Origin: Octopus sinensis
Taxonomy: Eukaryota
Length of the DNA: 64,000 nt
Reading direction: 5' to 3'
Assembly: GCF_006345805.1 (NCBI RefSeq)
Contig: NC_043002.1
Coordinates: 12,648,001 to 12,712,000, forward strand
Under the pieces are notes generated by a model. That model had not been told where the DNA came from and made no database searches. It saw only the letters and a list, made by a program, of their open reading frames with translations. The position numbers were made by a program, and so were the translations under genes. Position 1 is the first letter of the stretch; every line of letters begins with the position of its first letter. Positions 52,435 to 64,000 of this stretch are shown one piece after another.

Positions 52435-53425
52435 TTACTTTGATACTTTGATACTTTGATAGGTTTCGGCCATTATTGGCCCAGGCCATGTCTAACTTAA
52501 TAGCACCACCTGGTGAAGTCTTTCAAGTCAGAATTTGGGCACTATAGCCCACTCAAGTAGAGAGTTATTGATTACAGAGACATATCCGGGTGTAGGGGGT
52601 TTATCCGGGTTTTCTTGAAGGAATCTGTCCAAAGACTTCTTGAACCCTATAGGGTCAGTTTCTGTTTTAATGTGTTTTGGTGTAATGTTAAAGAGAGCGG
52701 GGCCAATTGAGGTGAAATAATTGTGCCGTATTGTTGTTATGAGATGAGAGTGCGATTTTTGTTTTGGGCGGATGGCACGGGGCCCAAGCCTTGGATGTAC
52801 CTTAAAGGTGATGCCAACATCATTTGGGCAATGCTGATGGAATATTTTCCACATCATGCAGATGATGTAGCGCTCACGACGACGTTGGAGAGAATAGAGT
52901 TTTAGCTTTTCTAGTCGACCCCAATAGTCGAGGCCTGTCATGCCATCTATCTTTTTTGTGATTGCCCTTTGAAGTGCTTCAACTTTTATGATACCTTGTA
53001 TTGTGTGGGGAGACCACAGTGGACAACAGTATTCAAGGTGGGGTCGGGCAAAAGTGGAGAAGAGAAGGATAATGGTGTGGATATCTCTCGACTGGAAAGT
53101 TCTGAGAATCCAGGAACACATTCTGCGGGCCATGTCAACTTTGGTGTTTATATGAATGGCCCAGCTTATGTTGTTGTCCACAATTACTCCCAAGTCTCTG
53201 ATGTTGTTGGACGCCGCGAGAGTTTCACCTGAAGGAAGGGAGTATGGGAGTTCCAGGGCATCCTCTTTTCCAAAGTGGATTAACTCAAATTTATCCTCGT
53301 TCAGCAGCATATTGTTTTTTTCTGCCCATTGGATAACAGCCAGTAGATCTGACTGAAGGCATGTCCGGTCACACGCCTCATTTATGACCTTCTGTAGCTT
53401 GGAGTCATCTGCAAAGATTTTTATG
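52435..53425 (-). mobile_element. CR1-group LINE 3' fragment, present only in unit C
   Basis: ORF 52528-53310 plus upstream IFADDSK; RPHLEYCCPLWSPH, LQRRRERY; (TCAAAGTA)n tail; the equivalent site at ~37612 is empty. Confidence 0.85.
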
Positions 53426-54771
53426 TTGCTGTTTTATTTAATTTAAAAAATATATACACACTAATTATGCAACTATTTAACTATATTTATAGTAACAAAT
53501 AATACTTAGGCCTATTGTAGACGTGCTTATTTCAAGGCGTGTATATACATATATGTATATATATACGCATGCATACGTTTATACACATGTGATATGTAAG
53601 AGTGTTAATGCATTAACCAAGCTTAGCCTTCTTAACATGTGGTTCTTCTGAATATAGTAGCTCTTGGAGAAAGTTTGATTGTTTAGACACACATATATAT
53701 AGATATAGTTCTATATCTAAAAGATTCCACGGGCATACGGGGTAGTTGTTAAGAGCTCGGGCTACTAACCCCAAGATGCCGAGTTCGATTCCAAGCAGTG
53801 ACCTGAACAACAATAATAATAGTAATAATAATAATAACAACAGCATCGAATGATACCATAGGAATGAGAACCCAGGTTCGAAATTTCCCCAAGACACTTG
53901 ATGAAGGATGGAGGGTATATCAGCCGAAACGTTGTGTTAACAAAAAACAAGATGAGGACAAATATCCGTCGAATGTAAATAATGTAAATAATATATATAA
54001 ATGTCTTTGTAATTTGTTTTTTAAAACTTAACTATTGAAGGACCCTTCTATTTTATCCTTCTCACTTAAATTATCGAAATTGGAAAGTGAATACTTAATC
54101 ATATTATTGTCTCACTTTGCTATTGAAAAAAAACAAACATGAACGACCAAGTCACATAAAGCTTTATTTATCTATTGTATTTCGGGGCGGTCATTTTTTA
54201 TTACTTGTTTTGGTAAATAAACACACGCACTATATATTCGTTCTTCACCTGTTTATTTCTGTTTTTATTCTAAGTCCATTGTCCGGAAATCATTCGTCAC
54301 ACATCTGTGACCTCTTCAGTGACACTTTCCGTTCTCGTAAGTGCTCTTGTTCCGCTTAGACTATAAACGTTTATTTATCTATTTTTACCCACAAATAACA
54401 GTTTTAAAATGGTAGCGTCATTGTGTTACAGATTATGTAAGAGTGGAAAGAATCGTTCACTCTTTCTAACTCTAGAGATATTTCAAAGTCAACCAAGGTC
54501 AAAGAGTTAGAAATAAACCTCAGTGGTAACGAAATGGTATGTACAGATCTGTGGATGGCTTCTTGACAGTAATGTGAATTAAAATTATTTCATTACCAGG
54601 TGTTCTTTTACTCGTTTCAGTCATTTGACTGCGGCCATGCTGGATCACCACCTTTTTGTCGAAGAAATCGATCCCTGGACTTATTCCTTGTAAGCCTGGA
54701 GCTTATTCTATCGGTCTCTTCTGCCGAACCGCTAATGTTACGGGGGCCATAAACACATCAACATTGGTTGT

Positions 54772-54806
<35 letters not shown>

Positions 54807-55402
54807 GAAGGACTTCTTTCAGTTTCCGTCTACCAAATCCACTCACAAGGCTTTGTTTGGACCAAGGCTATAGTAGAAGACACATGCCCAAGGTGCCACG
54901 CAGTGGGGCTGAACTCGGAAGTGAACCATGTGGTGGGTAAGCATGCTTCTTATCACACAACCACGCCTGCGCCTAGGAGAACTGAAGGAAAATCCTTTTC
55001 TCCCAGAATGCTATTTTTTCTCTATGATACAATGATGTAATAAAATGATTTCATATATATTTTCGATTTAGCTGATTTCTTTTACTGCAACCACAAGTAA
55101 TTGAGTATTTTCACACAATAAAATCTAGAACTTTGAAGAATAGAATGAGATATATTCTATCCATTTTCTCCGTAGGTGCAGGAGTGGCTGTGTGGTAAGT
55201 AGCTTGCTTATCAACCACATGGTTCCGGGTTCAGACCCACTGCGAGGCACCTTGGACAAGTGTCTTCTGCTATAGCCTTGGGCCGACCAAATCTTTGTGA
55301 GTGAATTTGGTAGACGGAAGCTAAAAGGAGCCCGTCGTATATACATACATATATACATACATACATACACATAAATATATATATATACACACACACACAC
55401 AC

Positions 55403-55530
<128 letters not shown>

Positions 55531-55790
55531 TAATAATAATACATTAAAAGTGTGTTATTGTCACGAAGATTTTTCTGGTAGTTGAAAAGTCATTACCGTC
55601 TATTTCTAATTCAGTACGTGGCGAAGCAATTAGCTGAGCCCTGATTATAATTAAGTATATAATTATAGAATATTTTGTATAATTCACGTAAAAAGGTTTT
55701 TTAGCGTTCTGACTACTTGGTAAAATTATTATTCTTTAATCAGTTAATCAATTTTACTCTCTCTCTCTATATATATATATATACATATAT

Positions 55791-55919
<129 letters not shown>

Positions 55920-55953
55920 TATATATGTATATATATATACATGTATATATATA

Positions 55954-56010
<57 letters not shown>

Positions 56011-56427
56011 AAAGATAAATGCGATACAATAAAATTAATTATAATCGCCGGTGTATCAGTACACGCCATATATTATTCATATATCATTACATTCAAGGCG
56101 AAGAGTGATCTAGATACACAATAGCTGGATAAATTTAGTGAGATGAAAATTTCACCAAATTCGCCAAATTCAGTAATAAAAATAATATTTATTTACTCAG
56201 GCTGGCTCTTCAGTAAGATTCCTCTTAATGATGGGAAGACCATATTAATAGACCCATGTGCGTCTATTGAAATGCTCTTTCTAAACTATTCAAAACACTG
56301 CGCAGACTCAGAACAAACCCGACTAAATAGGGGATTGTGGTATATCGTCTAACGGTCAGAAATTTATCGAGAGAATATGTAAACAAAGATAAATGCGATA
56401 CAATAAAATTAATTATAATCGCCGGTG

Positions 56428-56460
<33 letters not shown>

Positions 56461-57161
56461 ATATATATAGGAAAAAAGCAACAAGAATGGATCAAAATAT
56501 CGGTACAATTGTTTCGTACGAAGACATCTTTAATAAGGCTACAAAAATTGCAGTAAATATAGATGGCTCGTACTCATCAGCCGAAAAAACATCCGAGATT
56601 TCCAAACATCAAAGGGGGTAATGTTACACTCGTGAAACATCATGGAAATTTCTATAGAAATGGAAATTTAGATAAGAAATTGGTTTCTAAGATTTCAATC
56701 AGTATTACACAGTCATATATCAGGTTTTTAAAAAGTATTTTCAAAACATCTTAGTTTTCCAGAAAGTGAAGAAAAAAGTGAAGGTGTGAATATATCCTTA
56801 TTGAAGAAAGTAAGATTCCTGGCATATGATGAGAAGTATTTTACTCACAGATCATGCGTTTGTCCATATATAGTTTTTTTCGGCTGATGAGTACGAGCCA
56901 TCTATATTTACTGCAATTTTTGTAGCCTTATTAAAGATGTATTCGTACGAAAGAATTGTACCGATATTTTGATCCATTCTTGTTGCTTTTTTCTTATAAT
57001 TGCTTTTCTCCTATTTGTAATCACCCCACTTTATCGTATAGTTAGCACCATATAGATTTCTGGTGTATCCTAGTCAAGTACTATATTCATGTGAATTCAC
57101 TAGAACTCATTTGAAGCTTAATTGCTTAAACCGTATATATATATATATATATATATAAACT

Positions 57162-59263
57162 TAGATAAACTTAGATATGTTTCGACCAGAGATTGGTCCA
57201 GGCCATGTCTAACTTAATAGCACCACCTGATAGGATTATTCGAATCCTGTTTAAGTCAAGTTTTGTTCAAGTACTGAGTTCTTGTTGGGTGAGTTGTATC
57301 CAGTTTTGTTCAAGTAGTGAGTTCTTGTTGGGTGAGTTGTATCCAATTATGGGTGGCTTATCTGGTATTCTTTGAAGGAATCTATCCAGACTCTGTTTGA
57401 AGTTGATGGGATCCTTTTCCTCTTTGATCTCCCTCGGGACAATGTTAAATAGGGCAGGGCCTGTTGAAAAGAAATTATGTTGCAGTGTACATGTATGTTG
57501 TGATCTTGAATTTGGCAGGGGACGTATAGCCCGTGGTCCAAGTCTTGGATGAACCTTGAAGCTAATGTTTAGGTCGTTTGGGCAAAGTTGGCGGTATATT
57601 TTCCACATCGTACAAATGATGTACCGCTCACGGCGACGCTGGAGGGAGTAAAGTTTCAAGGCTTTAAGGCGATCCCAATAATCGAGAGCAGCCATGCCTT
57701 AAATTTGTTTAGTGAGAGCCCTCTGGGGTGACTCAATTCTGGAGATGTTTTGTCTTGTGTGAGGAGACCACAGTGGGCAGCAGTATTCAAGGTGTGGCCG
57801 TACAAAGGAGGAAAAAAGTGGTATGATGACACCTTGTTCTCTGGACCGGAAAGTTCTAAAGATCCAGGAACTCATCCTACGAGCTATATCGACCTTCTTG
57901 TTGATGTGTGCACTCCAACTGAGATCGTCATCAACAATTACACCCAGGTCTCTGATATTTTTAGAGGCTGTGAGCGGTTCCCCTGAAGGAAGAGAGTATG
58001 GTTGTTTTAGTGAGGAATTTCTTCCAAAATGCATCAGCTCAAATTTTCCCTCATTCAGTTGCATTTTGTTTCTGTCTGCCCATTGACTCACAGCATATTG
58101 ATCAGACTGGAGTTGAGTTCGGTCTGATTCTTCATTGACGATTTGCTGGAGCTTAGTGTCATCAGCGAATATTTTCACTTTGCAGTGATGTACGACACTG
58201 GAAAGGTCGTTTACGTAAATTATGAAGAGTAGCGGACCCAAAACAGTTCCCTGGGGAACACCGCTGGTAACTTTTGCTGGGTTTGAGTGGACTCCATCAA
58301 CTACAACATGTGTTCTATTCGCCAGGAAACACTGAATCCAGCGTAGAACTTTTCCACGGATTCCAACATTTGCCAATTTTGAGAATAGGATGTTATGGTC
58401 TACCCTGTCGAACGCTTTACTGAAGTCAAGATATATGACGTCAGAGTTCGAACCTGTTCCCAAGGCTTTGAGTACATCTTCAATGTAGTGTAAGAGCTGT
58501 GTTAGACAGTCCCTGCCACAGCGAAAGCCATGCTGATTTGAATTTAGGAGTTTGTGGGTCTCCAGGAAGTCAGCTATCCTTGATCTTAACACTCTTTCAA
58601 ACACTTTAATGATGTGGGAGGTGAGTGAGATTGGGTGATAGTTGACTGCGAGGGATCTGTTTCCCTGTTTGAAAACCGGGATGACCGACTGGGATAGAAA
58701 CTGTTTCGGTATATAACCTGCGTCTAACGAGTTTCTCCAGAGGTTGGTCAGAGGGACTGCAAGTTGATATCTACATTCCTTCAGGAGACTAGCGGGAAAT
58801 CTATCAGGGCCTACAGCAGAGTATTGTTTGACCTCATTTATTGCTGCTACGATGTCGGTGGCAGTGAAGGTTATGTCTGCGATTTTGTGTTGGGAGTCAA
58901 CTTCGTTCGTTTCCCTCACATCAATATCAGTGGGAACACTGAAGACAGAACAGTATTGTTTCTGCAGTATTTCTGCCATTTCTTTAGCATCGTGTTGGGG
59001 AATGCCGTTATCATCAATCAATGGCACAATGGGTGAGACAGTGGTTCTATGCTTATTTGCATAAGAATAAAACACTTTTGGGTTTTGTTTGATGCTTTTG
59101 ATTACCCATTGTTCCTCCACAGCTCTTTGATTTTCAATGGAGGTTTTCATGTTAGTCTGCAGATGAAATTTTTCCAGCTCTAGTCTTTTCATTGTTGTTG
59201 AATGTGGATGTTGTGTGTGGGAATATTTTAATTGGTTGATTTTTTTGTTGAGTCTTTTGAGTC
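57162..59263 (-). mobile_element. CR1-group LINE, 2.1-kb 5'-truncated copy with a 497-aa RT ORF
   Basis: YLDFSKAFDRVDH, SGVPQGTVLGPLLF, FADDTK; ~12-bp TSD TATATATAAACT (57150-57161 / 59264-59275); empty site at ~40480. Confidence 0.88.
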
Positions 59264-59622
59264 TATATATAAACTATCACTCCGTCGGTTGCGACGATCA
59301 GAGTTCCAGCTAATCCAAACGATGACCTTATCGTGAAATTACCGTTGCTGAGCACTCCATAAACATGCATACACTTATCGTAGTTTCTTTGAATGAATAT
59401 CTTAGAAAGAAACTCTCTAAGAAATCCCATCATATTCATACATACATACATGAATAAATATTTGTCTGTGCTAACCACATCCCCAAAGATGGAGCCTTGT
59501 ATCTTTGCTGAAAACCGGCTCCCTCCTCAGTGGAAGATTTATAATCATTAGAAAATTGAAGATACACACATACACACACACATACACACACACACACATA
59601 CACACACACACATACACACACA

Positions 59623-59654
<32 letters not shown>

Positions 59655-62358
59655 TACATAGACACGCACAAAGACACATACATAGACAGGTTTTTGCGTA
59701 TTAACACAACCAATCATTTCATGTGGAAAGTTTCTCCAGAATTTTTTCAGACAATCCTTTGAAAGTTGATAATCGCCTTAGTTGTTATCTCCTTTGCACT
59801 GACCCTGGAATGTTGCAATAATTTGCGTTCGCTACAGATTAATAAATTCTTTAAATATCTTAAGCGTCCAAAATCTATGAAATCACCAAACTGATTATAA
59901 GCTCAAGATCAGGTATCAAAACACACACACACATGGTAATTAAGGAATTAGTAATTAATAGTGAACGCTTATAATTGCAAAACTCCATGGCCAATGCAGA
60001 GGAGGTAAAAATTGCTATGGGTTAGCTCACTTGATCTGTATATTTATTTCGAAATCCTGCGTAACCTTGCGTAGTTTCGTGTCTTCTCAAACGAAACGGA
60101 CGTTATTACCAGTTTCATTATTTATCCATAAATAAATGATATTTATTCACCAATGCGGTGTTGAGTATTCATTCTCAGATTTCGATACTAACGTCTATAT
60201 ATATGTAAGTGTGTGTGTGTGTGTGTGTGTGGAGGTGAAATGGCCCAGTGGTTAAGGCAGCGGTCGTGAGATCGCGGTTTCGATTGCCAGACCGGGCATT
60301 GTCAGTGTTTATTGAGCGGAAACCCGTAAAGCTCCACGAGGCTCCAGCAGGGAGTGGTGGCGGATCCTGCTGTACTCTTTCACCATAACTTTCTCTCACT
60401 CTTTCTTCTGTGTTTCTGTTGTACTTGTATTTCAAAGGGTCAGCGTTGTGACACACTGTGTCACGCTGAATCTGTCCGAGAACTTCGTTCAGGACACACA
60501 GCCACTTACACGTTACATTTCCGAGCAGGCTGTTCCGTTGATCGGATAAACTGGAACTCTCGTCGTAGTAACCGATGGAGTGCCACGACATGTGTGTGTG
60601 TGTGTTTGTTAGTTTGTTTGCACCTCCGTGACCTAGCGGTTCGGCTAAAAGACTAATAGCAAAAGCATCAAACTTAAAACATAAGTCCTTAAGTCGATGT
60701 TTTTGAAGAAAATCCCTTGAAGGCGCTGACCCACCATAGTCGCAGCCCAATGACTGAAAGCAGTGTTATAGAACTTACCAGCTGTAATCAAAAAGTATCC
60801 AACCTTTTTTTTATTTTGCGCAAAATAACAAAGCGTGAGCAAAATCTGCATGGGTATACGCAAAGATTTCCCCCTGCAGTGATGTGTTGGGTACAGCCTT
60901 GAAGTGTGCTGTGAGATTTTTTAAAGTCAAATTTTAAAAAAATATTACTTGCTTTTTGGCCAAAGTTCGGATAATTTTTGTCTACACCTAGTATTTGTAA
61001 ATTTATTGGAATTTATAAACATTATGCACTAAAATGTTTCAGAATTCAAAAATTAAAGAAATGGATGAAAATCAGATTTGCAGTTTTAAAGAACTTTATT
61101 TTTCACAAACAAGCATTTCTAAAAGTTATTGTATTTCAAGTCGTACTGGTTACAGAAAACAGCCTTGCGATCATTGCTGATCTTGAAACGCAATTCTGAA
61201 ATATACAAAATATGAATATATATATATATATATATAGATATAAAAAAGATATAAAATTGCTTTTAAAAATCTAGAAGTTAATCTTATCTTCCAAAAATAA
61301 ATCCTTGTAGGTAAAAGATTTAAATTAGAAAATTGCGATCAAGTGTCTATAGAATTGGCATAATTTACTATTTTTCTTTAGCCCTGGGACACATCGGAAC
61401 GCTTAATCAATTACCATGGCATATTACTGACGAAGATCACAACATTCGTCCATCAAAGTATATAAGGCCAGCAATTTCCAATGACGATAGAAGCCGATAC
61501 CAATAACACCATTTTATATTCATTTCTTTACTGCCCACAAGGGGCTATACACAGAGGTGACAGTCAAGGACAAACAAACGGATTAAGTTTATTATATCGA
61601 GCCCAGCGCGTAACTGGTACTTATTTAATCGACCCCGAAAGGATGAAAGGCAAAATCGACCTCGGCGGAATTTGAACGCAGAACGTAGCGGCAGACGAAA
61701 TACCTATGGCTTTACTACCCACAAGGGGCTAAACACGGAAGGGACAAACAAGGACAGACAAACGGATTAAGTCGATTATATCGACCCCAGTGCGTAACTG
61801 GTACTTATTTAATCGACCCCGAAAGGATGAAAGGCAAAGTCGACCTCGGCGGAATTTGAACTCCGAACGTAATGGCAGACGAAATACGGCTACACATTTC
61901 ACCCGGCGTGCTAACGATTCTGCCAGCTCGCCGCCTTGCATAATCTTTTCTACTATAGGAACAAGGCCTGCAATTTTGTGGAGGGGACTAGTAGATTGCG
62001 TGAACCCCAGTATTTCACTGGTACTTATTTTATCGACCTCGAAAGGATGAAAGGGTGAAGTTATACTCGGCGGAATTCGGACTCGAGTATAAACAGCCGG
62101 AACAAACACAGCTAAGCATTTTATCCGACGCTCTAAAGGATTGATAACTCACCGTTTTAAACGGTTTCAAATTTTGATACAAGGCGAATCTTAGAGGAGT
62201 TAATGTTTGTCCAATTCCCGTCTCATCTATCCAAAACATTCTGACAGTTTTACTATTACTATGGCCGCTAGGACACTAGATCTTTCTGTAATGCGATAAT
62301 TTAGAAATAAACGTGTCAAACGAAATATGATAAAATGAAATATAAAGAGGTTACTTAC

Positions 62359-62538
62359 ATTGGTTTTGACAATATGGCGGAGGAATTTCGCTACATCTTT
62401 GAGTTTGGGGGTTAAAGAAAAGATTGAATTGACACGACATGAAAGGGTATGAGGTACTCTTGAAACAGGGAATATACCTGTGGCAGTCACTAGGGTCACG
62501 GTTCATCCCGTCTGGGTATTGGTTACAGAGAGGATCAT
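62359..62538 (-). CDS. Chitin-binding protein gene D, exon 2 (exon 1 expected beyond the window end)
   Basis: Same splice sites, open frame DPLCNQYPDGMNRDPSDCHRYIPCFKSTSYPFMSCQFNLFFNPQTQRCSEIPPPYCQNQ. Confidence 0.85.
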
Positions 62539-63134
62539 CTGAAGAGAAAATGTTTTAATAAAGTTTTAATGCAAGCGCGATAATTAATTTTGGTCATATC
62601 TTGATTTTTAGAAAATGTAGTCACAAGGACCATATATTATGAAATAGTATCAAATGATACAATATATACATCAGTTCACATATATACAAATGCAGATATA
62701 TATTACTTCCGGTTTTCCTAGAGGAAAGACGCGTTTGCTTTTGCTCTGTGAAGAAAACAAAAAGATTTGCATAAATCGACGAAATAATCTACTAAAACTA
62801 ACAAAACGTAGAACTTGTTAACTCATAACGATCTACTAAAATACATTAATTACAATTATATTAATTAAGAACGTAATATATTTCGCTTGAAGCCAAATAT
62901 AATACATTAAAGTTAGTTACGCATGCTAGATTCTTCGCCGAAAAAGCACGTGGTGGCAAGTCTTCAACTTATCTCCAACCAAATGTAAGAAGGAAAAAGA
63001 ATTGTTCTCTTTTCTGTTTTGAAAGAAAACTTCTTCGTACAAGCACGAAGGTTTGGACTGTACCTTTTACGATAAGTAACGTTTTCATATTTTTGTTTAT
63101 TATTTTTTATTTTCCTTTAATGTAAGCTAACATC

Positions 63135-64000
63135 TCAGTTACGATTTACGACGCCATCTTTGTTTACATTCTGAGAATAACTTTCTTTCAATTTCTGTTT
63201 CTCTTTCAATATTTCTTTCATTTTATCTCTAAAGAAATAATATTTAAAAATTCTTTTCATATGTTTATTTTCATGTAAGCTACGAATGAGCTAGAAATAT
63301 AATCGTAATTTTATCGTAATTTCATTTTATCGCAATTTCATTCTATCTCTATAAAACTAATATTTAAAAATACTTTTCATTTTTTTATTTTCCTGTAATT
63401 TAAGCTTACGACTGAGAAATATGAGAGCATAGACAATTGCTAGTGGTGATCCGCCGAACAACATCATCTCTGCCGCGCTAAAGAACAATGGATTTCATAG
63501 AACCATTGACCAAAATAGAGCGAAAAAAAGGTCTTACATGCTTGTAAGACCACACATCAAAACATTTGATGACATAATTGAAAAGTATTGTGGCAAGGCT
63601 GATGAGGATGAAAAGGACGAAAAAGAGAAGGAAGCCGGAAGTCTCTGTGATCCAGGAGCTCCTCAGGAAAATGGATCACCTACCTCGGCGACCGACCATG
63701 TAGTGAAGGATTGTCCAGCAGCTAACCTGGTTACACCAAGCACAGAGAAGGAACCCTGCCCACGACTATGCAAGACCACCACAGTCAACAGACAATGGAT
63801 GACTTCCCCTAAAACCTGCACAGCCGTCACCCCAATACTTTCAATAATTTTTGGGGGCCTATTGCATCAAAGTAGAAACAAAATTTCTTTCCTGAGAGAT
63901 CTTACTGCTTCCAATCAAGCCCTATGCATAGCACTCATGGAAACTCACCTCAGCCCTGATATAGAAGACGCAGATGTACACATACCAAACTATGCTATAC
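63135..64000 (+). mobile_element. CR1-group LINE 5' part in unit D, with internal deletions
   Basis: Homologous to 23248-24530; lacks most of ORF1 between ~63710 and the ORF2 start. Confidence 0.8.

Overview
AT-rich, microsatellite- and transposon-dense eukaryotic DNA. The SINE families look like those of cephalopods, probably Octopus; this is recall, not a database search. The only host genes I can support form a minus-strand tandem family of four small secreted chitin-binding proteins (signal peptide plus two 6-Cys CBM14/peritrophin-A domains). Copies are A (exons 8798-8522, 5634-5455), B (31168-30892, 22651-22472), C (45979-45703, 43363-43184) and D (exon 62538-62359; its first exon lies beyond the window). 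B, C and D sit in a recent ~16-21 kb tandem segmental duplication, and their coding differences are almost all amino-acid changing. The rest is mobile DNA: two decayed Penelope elements, several CR1-group LINEs, R4/Dong 3' fragments, an ORF1-only retroelement with a 15-bp TSD, Tc1 and mariner relics, a non-autonomous Helitron and many tRNA-derived SINEs. The most unexpected layer is about eight different sequence families of minimal type-I hammerhead ribozyme motifs. They include one in the tail of a tRNA-headed SINE, pairs in head-to-head inverted elements, one inside a perfect 59-bp palindrome, and a U3-A8 core variant in the Penelope pLTRs. All alignments and folds were done by eye.
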